Source: a virus (taxonomy: Duplodnaviria; Caudoviricetes). Taken from it: a stretch of 59,424 nucleotides of DNA. The notes under the pieces were generated by a model, which saw only the letters and a program-made list of their open reading frames with translations, was not told where the DNA came from and ran no database searches. The stretch spans positions 1 to 59,424 of IMG/VR virus record IMGVR_UViG_3300042879_001983; one strand, written 5' to 3'. Below are positions 18,116 through 28,478 of the stretch, piece by piece (position 1 is the first letter of the stretch; each line of letters starts with the position of its first letter). A program made the translations under genes and the position numbers.

Positions 18116-18786
18116 AGTACAGTTCCTGGTGGTAAATGATAATGGAATCCAAAGGGAACAATTCCCTGAGTTTCTGGAAGTGGTTTTTCGTGAGAAAATT
18201 TAGCGGCAACTTCCACTGGGGCAAACTTACACCCCAATGCTTCGTAGATATGGCGATTGTGAACGCAGATATTTCCATCCTCTCCAGTATTACCATATCC
18301 AAAATGCTTATAAAAGTCTCCCCAATTTACATCAAAGTGAATATAAGCTCTCTTGGGTACATCTAAAAGTTTTTTACTTCTAAAAGAGAATCCCCCATTT
18401 CCAACTCTATGAGGTTTTCCCCAAGGATCCAGATAAGAATGAGGAACTTGCTCCCAAGGAGCACCAATATAATCATAATTAAAGAACTCATTATCCCATT
18501 TATCTGGATTAATTACAAACCCATCTGGTTGAACAAGAAGACAATAATCAGTATCAATATGTTTGCTCAGGTTGTAAATGCAATAATAATTGTAATCATG
18601 AATTGACTTAATCTCATAGCATTTAGAAAACTCAATTCCCTCGGGAAGATTACCTGGATCTTCGTGAGTAATCAACTTTACTGCACCAAAATTAATTCCC
18701 TTCATACTATGCTGTAGAGCAAAGAGTGCTCCAGGAATATTATTTGAAGATATGCAGAATAAAGTTACATTAGGTAGATTGATCAT
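18112..18786 (-). CDS. DUF5672-like putative glycosyltransferase
   Basis: QPDG, YDYIGAPW, VGNGGFSFRS, FGFH. Confidence 0.75.
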   Translation of the reverse strand: MINLPNVTLFCISSNNIPGALFALQHSMKGINFGAVKLITHEDPGNLPEGIEFSKCYEIKSIHDYNYYCIYNLSKHIDTDYCLLVQPDGFVINPDKWDNEFFNYDYIGAPWEQVPHSYLDPWGKPHRVGNGGFSFRSKKLLDVPKRAYIHFDVNWGDFYKHFGYGNTGEDGNICVHNRHIYEALGCKFAPVEVAAKFSHEKPLPETQGIVPFGFHYHLPPGTVL

Positions 18787-19627
18787 TAGTTTCATCACCT
18801 CGCTTGATATACACAATAATATTACTACTATACCACTCTTCTACCTTATTTGTATCATCAACTAAAAAGTTTTCTGGAAGAGAATCAATAGTCTTTACAT
18901 GATGCTCAAATCTTTCTTGAGTGTCTGGATTACGAACAATGTATGAAAAATTTGATTTAGATACAAACTTATCAAAGTAATCTAATTGAGTTTCAAGATT
19001 ACACTCTGAAAGAGAATTTACAGCAATAACTAAATCAAAATCTTTTTTCTTTATTGAAGAAAGTTTATCGCATGGAACGAAATTGACTTTATCTTTTAAA
19101 TGCTCGAAATTTGAAATATACTTTTGAGCAAGTTTACAAGCCTCAGGTAAATCTATTAGAGTATAAGACTCAAATTCAATTAGATTAGATAATAGTAAAC
19201 AAAGTCCACCATACCCACCACCAATCTCAATAATATTTTTTAAAGAAAGAGGTTGCGATTGTTGTTCAAGAAAACAAACAATATCAATAGCGTTAAATGC
19301 AAACTTAAGAGTACTTGGAGAAATTAAACCAATTTCACTCTCATCGTATAAGTCTGGATTACCAATCTTATCATTCTCTTTAAACTTTTCAAGATTGCTG
19401 TAAAACAAATTTTTCTTTAAATGAGAATTAATTTTCTGAACATAATAATCAGAAAAAAGTTTTGGAGCACCTTCTAAAATTGTTCTGTATTTTTCATTCT
19501 TCCTGAAGTTAGAAAATTCATTATCATATTCCACTGCTTCAAGACATGCAGAAGTATAATCAGAAAGAGTTTCATTTTCTGCGGCAATCCATCCGTAGAA
19601 ATTTTTCTTTTTATTAATCGTTTTCAT
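18770..19627 (-). CDS. Putative sugar O-methyltransferase
   Basis: IIEIGGGYGG, IDLPE, NSLSE. Confidence 0.75.
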   Translation of the reverse strand: MKTINKKKNFYGWIAAENETLSDYTSACLEAVEYDNEFSNFRKNEKYRTILEGAPKLFSDYYVQKINSHLKKNLFYSNLEKFKENDKIGNPDLYDESEIGLISPSTLKFAFNAIDIVCFLEQQSQPLSLKNIIEIGGGYGGLCLLLSNLIEFESYTLIDLPEACKLAQKYISNFEHLKDKVNFVPCDKLSSIKKKDFDLVIAVNSLSECNLETQLDYFDKFVSKSNFSYIVRNPDTQERFEHHVKTIDSLPENFLVDDTNKVEEWYSSNIIVYIKRGDETNDQST

Positions 19628-20597
19628 ATTTTGTAATGATACCCGAAAGTCCAAAGTTTTGTACGCCCTTATAATTCTCGTATTCTTCCCAACACTGAGC
19701 AGCAGTCTTTACTGTTCCGTTTTTATCCATGTAATTCCAATCCATAACGATGGAATCTGCAGGTCTCCAAAATCCATCAGAGATGTTCCAATCAAACCAA
19801 TACATTGGTGCGATTACTTTCTTAACTTCTGTAGATAACCAAACAGGCCAGAAAGAAAATGTAGATGCAGACATGATAACATATTTTGCAGTATTCAAAA
19901 TAGTGTAATCAATAGAAAGAGGGCCTCCACCCATCTGATACCATCCAATTTTATAATCTGGACCCCCTGGTTCATCAGAAACTGCTGCACCAACAACTTC
20001 AGCGTTTGGAATATGTCTTCTAGCTAGATTTGGATCATCAGTCACAACAACAAACTTAATATCAGGATTTTCTTCTTGCATTGCTTTCATCGCCATCTGA
20101 TAATACTCGGGAGGCAAGAAAGAATGTCCAGTAGAATAATCTCCACCCCTAAAGTGAACTACACAAATATTATCTTGAGAATAATCTCTAATAATTTTAT
20201 CTTCATCAAGTTTACACCATTCTCTAATATCATCACGACGATCTTCAATAAAGATCATGTTTTGAAATGTTCCATCAACTTTTGTGTTATCTGGGAGAAA
20301 AAACAACATTGGGTCAACAGGATTATAATCATGACCACTTTTTGGATGTCGATACTGACATTCTTTATACCAGTATTCGATTCCTTGCGGAAGAGAATCA
20401 GGTGGTCCTCCATCAGGACCAGACCCACCAATTACTTCATTACCCCAGAAAAAAGGCATCCAACCAGCACCTTTCCAAAGGTGCTTTCCCATAATACCAT
20501 AATCATATCCTAACTTTTCTGCGATGATTCTAACCACAACAGCGCCCCAGATCTGGTTTCCAATTCCAGATCCAAGATACATTTCATTAACTAGCAT
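19614..20597 (-). CDS. GT11-like glycosyltransferase
   Basis: GIGNQ, HFRGGDY, VTDD, STFSFW. Confidence 0.85.
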   Translation of the reverse strand: MLVNEMYLGSGIGNQIWGAVVVRIIAEKLGYDYGIMGKHLWKGAGWMPFFWGNEVIGGSGPDGGPPDSLPQGIEYWYKECQYRHPKSGHDYNPVDPMLFFLPDNTKVDGTFQNMIFIEDRRDDIREWCKLDEDKIIRDYSQDNICVVHFRGGDYSTGHSFLPPEYYQMAMKAMQEENPDIKFVVVTDDPNLARRHIPNAEVVGAAVSDEPGGPDYKIGWYQMGGGPLSIDYTILNTAKYVIMSASTFSFWPVWLSTEVKKVIAPMYWFDWNISDGFWRPADSIVMDWNYMDKNGTVKTAAQCWEEYENYKGVQNFGLSGIITKYEND

Positions 20598-21538
20598 GAA
20601 ATCTCCTTAATAGCTTTACTTACAATGTTATCATAGAAATATGGTAGGGTCAATGTGGTAAAATCTATTTGTTTTACCTCATTATAAAGATGTTCATTTT
20701 GAACTAAAAGTTCTTCAGTAACATCTTCATAGTTGTCTACAAAAAGAACAGGATAATTCTTATACAGTTCCTCAAGATAAGGATGTCTCTTCATCACTGG
20801 AACTCTTTTGAGGTATAACACTTCCCAATTTCGGTGACAGTCTAAAGCGTTACCGATAGGACAAATCATAAATTTGTGATTTTTGATTTTCTTCAAAAAC
20901 TCTTCATACCCAACACGTTCTTTATCTACCAATACCCAATACTTATCTTCAAAGATTTCATTAATACCAGATCTCTCTTTTGGATTTGTATGAGTGCTAT
21001 GATTTATGTATAAGAGATTGGTTGGAGTGATATCAGAATCTAACATCACTTTATTCAGAATCTCATTTCTATTATCTCCAGGATGCATTTGCCTTTGTAA
21101 TCCATATGGTGCTGGAATAACTTTACCACCCCAAGAAGCAGCGTTTACAGCAGAAATACAAAGGACATTTTCTGGGATAGCATCAAAGATATATTGATCA
21201 ATTGGGGTATCTTCAAGATTAGTAAAGATGATAAAGTTTATATCTTTAAAGTTAGAACACAATTTTAAAAGATCGCTTCTATCCATTAAAGACCAAACAT
21301 AATCTTTATCTTCTGGTTTTACTTCTTCAATATCTCTCTTATACAGTCTGATATTATCAATAAACAAAGTCATATAGTTTCTTTGTTTCTTTAGTTCAAA
21401 AACTTTAGAAACAAATTCAACATTTGTTAAATTAGCATCTTTCATAAAAGAGGTAAAAATATTACCCCATTGTCCAGATTGATCACCGAAAGAGTAATCG
21501 CAAAGTTTAGATAATGCTACGCCTTCAATCAATTCCAT
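20591..21538 (-). CDS. Exostosin (GT47)-like glycosyltransferase
   Basis: KFMICPIGNALDCHRNWEVLYLKRVPV. Confidence 0.7.
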   Translation of the reverse strand: MELIEGVALSKLCDYSFGDQSGQWGNIFTSFMKDANLTNVEFVSKVFELKKQRNYMTLFIDNIRLYKRDIEEVKPEDKDYVWSLMDRSDLLKLCSNFKDINFIIFTNLEDTPIDQYIFDAIPENVLCISAVNAASWGGKVIPAPYGLQRQMHPGDNRNEILNKVMLDSDITPTNLLYINHSTHTNPKERSGINEIFEDKYWVLVDKERVGYEEFLKKIKNHKFMICPIGNALDCHRNWEVLYLKRVPVMKRHPYLEELYKNYPVLFVDNYEDVTEELLVQNEHLYNEVKQIDFTTLTLPYFYDNIVSKAIKEISC

Positions 21539-22389
21539 GGTTTAATGTACTGAGTAAACTTATCTTGATTATTCAAAATGTATTCTGGGAAAGAATCATC
21601 GATAGGAACTGTAGGATAAACATTTCCGCGATTGAGAGGATCTAATCCGTTTTCAATTTTTTCTTCTGCATTATCAATTACATCTGGTGTATTGTGATGG
21701 CAGTCTGCAGACGCTGCTAACTTTTGTTTGAATTTATCAGCATCACCAAAATAACTCCAATGCCAACCAGCAGACTCGATTAAATGAGATTCACTTAAAC
21801 TCTGTCTCAGTTTATCAACACTAATCTCCTTAAGAGTTTTCCAAGAACAAATTCTAGATCCTGCCCAATTTTCTTGATAAAGAATGTTGAGTTTATAATA
21901 AAATGATCTTTGAAGACATGCATAATGATTTGAAGCATCGAACCAATCCACATTCTTAAGAATTAATGGATTAACAATTTCATCAGCATCACTGGTAATA
22001 ACAATATCCTCATCAGAAACTCCTGCCTTTTCTAAAGAAAACGCTGTACAATTTCTAGCGTAGATATCTCTTTGATACCTAACAGGAATATCAATAAATC
22101 TCTGCCCGCAGTTATTATCAATATCCCCATAGGCAGTATGATATTTTTTCTTCTCTACATAATCCGAGAAGTCATTAGGAATTTCTTCCGTAATATCATG
22201 AATCACTTTATCATTAAACTTTGAAAACTGATCTTTATTTTCCAGATAAAGTAATGGCTTTTCATGTCCACTAATTGTATATGGACATTCAGTGATTACA
22301 AAATAGTCTACAACATCATAAAGTAGATTAAATCTAATTTCTAAAAGTTCCAACTCATTAAAGAATCGAAACGAATCAAAAATTTTCAT
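21529..22389 (-). CDS. GT17 (GnT-III-like) glycosyltransferase
   Basis: FNELELLEIR, VVDYFVITE, SDADEI, GWHWSY. Confidence 0.88.
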   Translation of the reverse strand: MKIFDSFRFFNELELLEIRFNLLYDVVDYFVITECPYTISGHEKPLLYLENKDQFSKFNDKVIHDITEEIPNDFSDYVEKKKYHTAYGDIDNNCGQRFIDIPVRYQRDIYARNCTAFSLEKAGVSDEDIVITSDADEIVNPLILKNVDWFDASNHYACLQRSFYYKLNILYQENWAGSRICSWKTLKEISVDKLRQSLSESHLIESAGWHWSYFGDADKFKQKLAASADCHHNTPDVIDNAEEKIENGLDPLNRGNVYPTVPIDDSFPEYILNNQDKFTQYIKPWN

Positions 22390-22390
22390 A

Positions 22391-23062
22391 TCAGTTCTTA
22401 GTAATAATGATTAGTCCGTTATTTTCTTCAGTCTCATATTCAATTTCCCATTCGGGATTTTCTTCCAAGAATTCATCAATTGCTAGTCTAATTCCACCTG
22501 ATCCATCAAGAGTATCTCTTTGTGGATGGTTTGGATCCATGGATGGATAACCTTCACCACGCTCACCAAATGTATAGGTATCGTGAAAAGCAATATACTT
22601 TCTAACTTTACCAGCATGAAGTTCTAGTTCTTTTTTAAGTTGATCGTAGCAGTGCCACGTATCAATGAAAAGCATATCAGTTTCTTCAATTTCTACTGTA
22701 AGAACATCGGCACCAATATATTCACAATTCACACCCAATTCTTGTGCTTGATGAAAGACTTTAATTAGAGCGTTAACTTCTCTAGCGAGGTGTGGTTCTG
22801 GATTTTCATATTGATAATCATAAGAGACAAATTTTTTAGGATTAGCATATAAAAATGCAGATGTACTATTTCCAGATCTTGCCCCCATTTCGGTTACATG
22901 ATCACACTTCTTAGCGTATTCATACAAAACAGGAAGATGCATGTAAATATCAGATACTTCACATGCACATGCATCTTCATAGATGTCTTGAATACTAAAT
23001 GGTTTAGCGACTTTAGCAGGTCTATTCTTTGGTTGATAGACAAGAACTTTTGAATTTCTCAT
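22391..23062 (-). CDS. Class I SAM methyltransferase (Methyltransf_24-like)
   Basis: EMGARSGNS, LFIDTWH, FHDT. Confidence 0.8.
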   Translation of the reverse strand: MRNSKVLVYQPKNRPAKVAKPFSIQDIYEDACACEVSDIYMHLPVLYEYAKKCDHVTEMGARSGNSTSAFLYANPKKFVSYDYQYENPEPHLAREVNALIKVFHQAQELGVNCEYIGADVLTVEIEETDMLFIDTWHCYDQLKKELELHAGKVRKYIAFHDTYTFGERGEGYPSMDPNHPQRDTLDGSGGIRLAIDEFLEENPEWEIEYETEENNGLIIITKN

Positions 23063-23075
23063 AATTTTAATTAAT

Positions 23076-23753
23076 TTAATTTAAGGTTTCCGATGAAATT
23101 GGTTTCCAATGAGATGAATTTCCAATGTATGTGATCTTTCTTTCAAAAGGACTTTCTTCCATAATAACGTATTTTGGTTGATTATCATTCACAAAATTTT
23201 GTACAGATTTACTCACAAGCCCATTATCACAATCATCAATTAATATATTATCAATTCCCAGTCTAGCACAATTTTTTAAATCTGAATATGCACATTCGTA
23301 ATCGTGCCCACCATCAACCCAAGCAAGATCAAATTTAATTTGTTCTGGATTCTCAAAATTACTTAAAGTCTCTACAGAATTTCCAGGAAAGAAAGTAATA
23401 AATTCTTCACCAAAATACTTGTGAATTTCATCAACGCAAAGTTGACTTTCTTCATTTATGCCGAATGTCCAAATTTTAACATCTGGAATTAACTTTTTCA
23501 TAAAATATGAATAATATCCTTTATGAGTTCCAACCTCTAAAACATTTTTAGGTTTGATTTGATCCACATATTTTTTATGAAAATCCAATTGTTCCACTAA
23601 TCCATTACAACCCAACCAATTAAATAAAGCACCCTCGTCATCTAAAAACATTACATAAAGTTTATTCAAGAAATCATAATCATATTCTTTTAATTCTTCC
23701 CTTGATAAAAATTCATCCCTATCCGTCGTTAATCCTTTGATTGGTTCTTGCAT
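23076..23753 (-). CDS. Class I SAM methyltransferase (Methyltransf_24-like)
   Basis: LEVGTHKGYYS, WVDGGHDY, IDD. Confidence 0.8.
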   Translation of the reverse strand: MQEPIKGLTTDRDEFLSREELKEYDYDFLNKLYVMFLDDEGALFNWLGCNGLVEQLDFHKKYVDQIKPKNVLEVGTHKGYYSYFMKKLIPDVKIWTFGINEESQLCVDEIHKYFGEEFITFFPGNSVETLSNFENPEQIKFDLAWVDGGHDYECAYSDLKNCARLGIDNILIDDCDNGLVSKSVQNFVNDNQPKYVIMEESPFERKITYIGNSSHWKPISSETLN

Positions 23754-24745
23754 CAGTCTTTCCAGTATTCGTAAATATTTTTAGTAACTTCATAATCCAT
23801 ATCTTTAACTTTTCTATTTGGTTGCTTCATAGCCCAAACAAAAACATCTTCAATGAGATCTTCAAGGTTTGTGTTATCCACAAATTCTAATATAGTCTTT
23901 GCTTTTGTATGATCACAATAAGCGTGTTTTACTTCATGCCTAGCTTCCCCATGCTCGATAGGAACATCATATCCATATTTTCGCCCAATCTTTTGAACTG
24001 TTTGAGCAACTTCATTAAGTGAAAAATACTTATCAGCACCAATATTAAAAATTTCACCATCGTACTCTGTTAGAAGTTTATCGAATGGTTCCATATAATA
24101 TTTGATATCTGAAAAAGCTCTTGTCTGCTCACCATCACCATACACAAGAATAGGAATTCCATTTAGAGTTTTTCTAATAAAAATTCCAATTACGTTTCTA
24201 TAACGATCCCAAATATTTTGGTACTTACCCAAAACGTTGTGTGGACGAACGATATTATACCTTAACCCAAATTGCTTACGAGCTAATTCAAGATCAACCT
24301 CTACGGCATACTTTGCAACGCCATAAGGATCGATAGGTTGTGGTCTCTTATCTTCAGTAAAAGGAGGTTCCTGAGCACCATAAACAGCCATGCTTGATGT
24401 AAAAATCATCTTAGCATCGTGTTTAATGCACTCATTAATCAAATTTGCAGAGCAAATAAGATTGTTCCTATAGTTAAAATTCCTAATAAAAGGAGAAAGT
24501 CCTTCGGCAGCATAAGCAGCAAAATGTACTACTACATCTGGTTTATGTTCATCAAATAAATCTATAAGTTTTTTTCTTTTCTCTAGATTCAATTTAGCAA
24601 AAGTAAAGTGTTCATCTTTAGGAAGAAACGCTTTATATCCCCCAGAAAGATCATCAATACCAATTACATCATGACCATTCTTAAGAAGATGCCTAGTATA
24701 ATTGGACCCAAGAAGTCCAGCACATCCAGTTACAAAAATCTTCAT
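23753..24745 (-). CDS. NAD-dependent epimerase/dehydratase
   Basis: TGCAGLLG, SSMAVYG, YGVAK. Confidence 0.92.
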   Translation of the reverse strand: MKIFVTGCAGLLGSNYTRHLLKNGHDVIGIDDLSGGYKAFLPKDEHFTFAKLNLEKRKKLIDLFDEHKPDVVVHFAAYAAEGLSPFIRNFNYRNNLICSANLINECIKHDAKMIFTSSMAVYGAQEPPFTEDKRPQPIDPYGVAKYAVEVDLELARKQFGLRYNIVRPHNVLGKYQNIWDRYRNVIGIFIRKTLNGIPILVYGDGEQTRAFSDIKYYMEPFDKLLTEYDGEIFNIGADKYFSLNEVAQTVQKIGRKYGYDVPIEHGEARHEVKHAYCDHTKAKTILEFVDNTNLEDLIEDVFVWAMKQPNRKVKDMDYEVTKNIYEYWKD

Positions 24746-25488
24746 ACAGTAATTACCATTTCATTTAAACAATTGGGATCAATTTCCTCGATATAATATG
24801 GAGAAGATCTATTAAAATATATATTCGTTAAGAAGTTACGCATCTCAAAAACTTCTTCCCAATCAATATTTTTTTTATATTCTGGAATATAAGATACGTC
24901 TTTAATTTGTACGAAGGTCATACCATAACTTTCTTTAAAATGCCTTACTGCAATATGGTCATCTTCATATTCCCCATCCAACTCCTTCAATCCAAAGAAA
25001 TCCATAACTGCATGATTAACAGTTTTAGTCTCTCTTCCATCATATATTTCGCAAATACCATCCTCCCATTCCGTATCATGAAAAACAAAAAATCCATTTG
25101 GTTTAATATAATCTGTCCAAAAATAAAGTTCGGCAAGGACTTGTTCTCTAACGTGAAGAGTATCTACAAATACTAAATCTACTAAACCTTCACCCCACAT
25201 TTTTCCAAGAGTAACGCTATCAGCAGCAATTTTGTGGTAATTAGAAGTTCTATCGTACCATTCATCAAGCACATTGAATGTAATATCACACCCAAAGATA
25301 TGGGTGTTTTTTTCTTCCGCACGATAAGAGAGAATTGCAGAAGAAACTCCGTGTCTAACACCCAGATCAACGCAAATTAAATTATCACATGGTTCTATCA
25401 AAGAAAATAATCTTAGACCATTGACCCCCAGATCACAGTATGGATTGGTTAAAGCATGTATTACATGTTCTCTTTCTGTTATTTTCAT
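24742..25488 (-). CDS. Class I SAM methyltransferase (Methyltransf_24-like)
   Basis: DLGVRHGVS, FVDTLH, FHDT. Confidence 0.8.
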   Translation of the reverse strand: MKITEREHVIHALTNPYCDLGVNGLRLFSLIEPCDNLICVDLGVRHGVSSAILSYRAEEKNTHIFGCDITFNVLDEWYDRTSNYHKIAADSVTLGKMWGEGLVDLVFVDTLHVREQVLAELYFWTDYIKPNGFFVFHDTEWEDGICEIYDGRETKTVNHAVMDFFGLKELDGEYEDDHIAVRHFKESYGMTFVQIKDVSYIPEYKKNIDWEEVFEMRNFLTNIYFNRSSPYYIEEIDPNCLNEMVITV

Positions 25489-26339
25489 AAAATCTCCCAT
25501 TCACTGCAATACAAATCTTTAGTATCCTTATCAGCATATGCTGGTCCAAACCAATTCTTTGGGGTGATTACTTTTTTATTTGGATTTGATTGCAACCAAG
25601 CACCCCACCAGCTCATAGAACTGTTAGCAATAATAGCATGAGAACACAGGGACATCAAACACAAATCTGCATATGGTGTATAGGAACCATCCGCATATTT
25701 TTGTTGAGGGACTGATTGAAAAAATCTATCTCCAGAGAAAAATTCTTGCTCTTCGACCCATTCGGGAGAATCAGAAAACACAATCACTGGTTGATTATCA
25801 TCAAATACCTCTAAAGCACGTTCATAATAATCAAGTGGTTGAACAGGATGCTGATCACCACACTGAGTATAAGACCACTTAAAACCACGAGGATCCATTA
25901 AATTTGGATCTCCCCTACGAACATGAAGCATGATTGGTTCTTGCCCTTCAAACTCAGACATAAACTCTTTACATGGTTCTATGTGCTCATCATGAAACGT
26001 GTATTCTTTTCTTATAACATTTTCAACATGTGAGAAATATTTCTCAGATTGAAAAAATCCATGAAGACTTACATTGTCTGGACATTTCTCAAACAACTCT
26101 TCATCAAAGTGAAAAAATCTTTCAGATAGATATTGGACTTCTAAAATTTGAAGATTTTCTTCTTGCACGTCCTCCATCTTGAAACACTTATGAAGACTGT
26201 AGTTTTCAATACCAGTCAGATGTGTTGGAGGAATACACCAATCATATTCATGTTTAGCAGCAATACCTCTTAATGCTGCATATTCAAACATTTGGTTTCC
26301 AAGTCTTCCAAGGTTTCCAATTTGATTAAACGCCAGCAT
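25485..26339 (-). CDS. GT11 alpha-1,2-fucosyltransferase-like
   Basis: GRLGNQMF, GFFQSEKYF, HVRRGD, ANSSMSWW. Confidence 0.9.
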   Translation of the reverse strand: MLAFNQIGNLGRLGNQMFEYAALRGIAAKHEYDWCIPPTHLTGIENYSLHKCFKMEDVQEENLQILEVQYLSERFFHFDEELFEKCPDNVSLHGFFQSEKYFSHVENVIRKEYTFHDEHIEPCKEFMSEFEGQEPIMLHVRRGDPNLMDPRGFKWSYTQCGDQHPVQPLDYYERALEVFDDNQPVIVFSDSPEWVEEQEFFSGDRFFQSVPQQKYADGSYTPYADLCLMSLCSHAIIANSSMSWWGAWLQSNPNKKVITPKNWFGPAYADKDTKDLYCSEWEIL

Positions 26340-27183
26340 AGTCTTCCCTCATACTCTTAAAAATCTGTGCAATTCCTTGCTCAATTGTAGTCTTAGGTTG
26401 CCACCATTTCATCAGGTAAGTATCTGGTTTATTTCTCTTGTCCATCTGAACACTATCCTTTTCAGCAGAAGGTTGAACCTTAACATCATGCCTTCCAATC
26501 AAATTAAATTGACCACAAATTATACTTGCGATATCAATAATTTTTGTAGAATGAAAACTTGTAATGTGAAGATTATCCTCTGAGGTAAAGTCATTATAAT
26601 TTTCCATGATTGATTCAAGTGCTTCACAGCAATCCTCAGCATAAAGAAATTCTCTTTCTTCTTGTCCATCAGTCATCATATCAATAACACCAGTTTCAAA
26701 TCCCTTACGAATAAAGTCAGTGATTACATGAGCCTTCTCATGATCTTTTTCAATACCATAAACATTCCAGAACTTAACGATAAGTCCATTCAATGACTTA
26801 GTATAAAGTTCACCAACATTCTTGAGAACTCCATATGGAGAGTAACTCATATTACTCATCTGAGATGATGCAAAGATGAACCTCTTATTATACTTTTTAA
26901 GAAGTCCAAATGCATTGACCATCAAACGACCATTGTTATCAATGAATTGGAAAGTGTGTTGATACTTTTTAAGATAACGAGATCCACCAACATCAAATGC
27001 AAGGAAGAACACAAAGTCTGAATCTGCAATTCTTTCTTCAAGAAGAAGATTGGGAATCAAGGTCATATCCTCATGAGGATTATTTACGACATCAAACTCA
27101 TAAACATAATGACCTTTTTCGCGCAAGTAATCTGTAAGGTAGGCACCAATCTGCCCACTGGAACCAAGAATAGTAATTTTCAT
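26326..27183 (-). CDS. NAD-dependent epimerase/dehydratase (atypical SDR)
   Basis: GSSGQIG, YGVLK, NVYG. Confidence 0.85.
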   Translation of the reverse strand: MKITILGSSGQIGAYLTDYLREKGHYVYEFDVVNNPHEDMTLIPNLLLEERIADSDFVFFLAFDVGGSRYLKKYQHTFQFIDNNGRLMVNAFGLLKKYNKRFIFASSQMSNMSYSPYGVLKNVGELYTKSLNGLIVKFWNVYGIEKDHEKAHVITDFIRKGFETGVIDMMTDGQEEREFLYAEDCCEALESIMENYNDFTSEDNLHITSFHSTKIIDIASIICGQFNLIGRHDVKVQPSAEKDSVQMDKRNKPDTYLMKWWQPKTTIEQGIAQIFKSMREDYAGV

Positions 27184-28256
27184 ACTGTTTGCAATAAATT
27201 ATCAGTTGTTTCTTTAATTAGGATTTGGGACTCAATCCAATTATAAGTCTTACGAATTCCTTCCTCAAGAGTCTGAGAATAATCCCATCCCAGTTTTTCA
27301 CGGATAAGATCATTGTTGGAATTACGTCCGCGAACTCCAAGAGGTCCATCGATATGATTCCTTTCTACAGTTTTTCCAGAAACTCTTGCTGCAGTTTCTA
27401 CAAGTTGATTGATAGTAACCATTTCTTCTGATCCAATATTCACTGGTCCAATAAAATCAGAATCCATTAATCTGCGGGTTGCCTCAATGCATTCATCAAT
27501 ATACAAGAACGACCGAGTTTGTTTTCCATCACCCCACACATCAATAGTTCCTCCTTCTTCTGGGAGGTAGGCGACTTTGCGACAGATTGCTGCAGGTGCC
27601 TTTTCTCTTCCACCTTCCCATGTTCCTTCTGGGCCAAAGATGTTGTGATAACGAGCGACCCTAACAGGAATCCCATAGTTACGATAGTACGCAAAATAGA
27701 GTCTTTCACTGAAGAGTTTTTCCCATCCATATTCGGAATCTGGGTTTGCTGGATATGCTGATTCTTCACGACAGTCTGGATTATCGGGATCCAATTGATT
27801 ATGTTCTGGATACATGCAAGCAGATCCAGAATAGAAAATTTTAGTCTTATTTACGCTCTTAAAGTCATTTAATTGACGCTGTGCCTCAAGAACATTAAGG
27901 TTAATTTGTGACGAGTTATGCATAATATCAGCGTCGTTTTCGCCAGTAAAGACGAAACCTGCTCCACCCATATCAGCAGCAAATTGATATACCTCATCAA
28001 AGGTATCAATATATCTTGAAGGAACAAAGTTATAGAAATTTCTGTAAGGACCTTTATATTGGAGAACTCTTTCAACAAAAGTAAGATCTCTTAGGTCTCC
28101 TACAATAAATTCATGTGCTTCACTTTCTGAAAACTCAGGAAGTTTAAGATCTACACCACGAACCCAATATCCTTCGGAGCGCAGTCTTTTTACCATGTGA
28201 CTTCCAATGAAACCACCAGCACCAAGTACAAGTGCTGTTTTCGTATATTGACTCAT
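27180..28256 (-). CDS. GDP-mannose 3,5-epimerase-like SDR
   Basis: AADMGGAGF, SSACMYP-type motif (SGSACMYP), YGWEK, REKAPAAICRK, GVRGRNSNN. Confidence 0.85.
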   Translation of the reverse strand: MSQYTKTALVLGAGGFIGSHMVKRLRSEGYWVRGVDLKLPEFSESEAHEFIVGDLRDLTFVERVLQYKGPYRNFYNFVPSRYIDTFDEVYQFAADMGGAGFVFTGENDADIMHNSSQINLNVLEAQRQLNDFKSVNKTKIFYSGSACMYPEHNQLDPDNPDCREESAYPANPDSEYGWEKLFSERLYFAYYRNYGIPVRVARYHNIFGPEGTWEGGREKAPAAICRKVAYLPEEGGTIDVWGDGKQTRSFLYIDECIEATRRLMDSDFIGPVNIGSEEMVTINQLVETAARVSGKTVERNHIDGPLGVRGRNSNNDLIREKLGWDYSQTLEEGIRKTYNWIESQILIKETTDNLLQTV

Positions 28257-28290
28257 AAAAGCAATCAAGTAAATAATCTTCTTATTATAT

Positions 28291-28326
28291 ATTCTACTAA
28301 AAAAGGGAGGTTTTGTAAACCTCCCT
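28291..28326 (-). promoter_or_regulatory. Terminator hairpin overlapping the promoter of the glycan cluster
   Basis: GGGAGGTTT..AAACCTCCC plus T tract; TTTACA-17-TAGAAT. Confidence 0.6.
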
Positions 28327-28334
28327 TGGGTAAC

Positions 28335-28478
28335 TCAGGCTCGCCACCAATTCTTTGACTGGAAATTGGAAACCAGGCGGGAGAGAGTCCCATCCGCACC
28401 ACTTGCCTTTTAATGGGAAGGCAAGAAACCAAAAGGGGTCGTTTTGACTCCACCACCTAGTTTGACTGAACTAGGAAA
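28335..28478 (-). ncRNA. wcaG/manA-like structured RNA with three UGGYG units
   Basis: Three hairpins each followed by TGGYG, upstream of a nucleotide-sugar epimerase gene. Confidence 0.65.
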
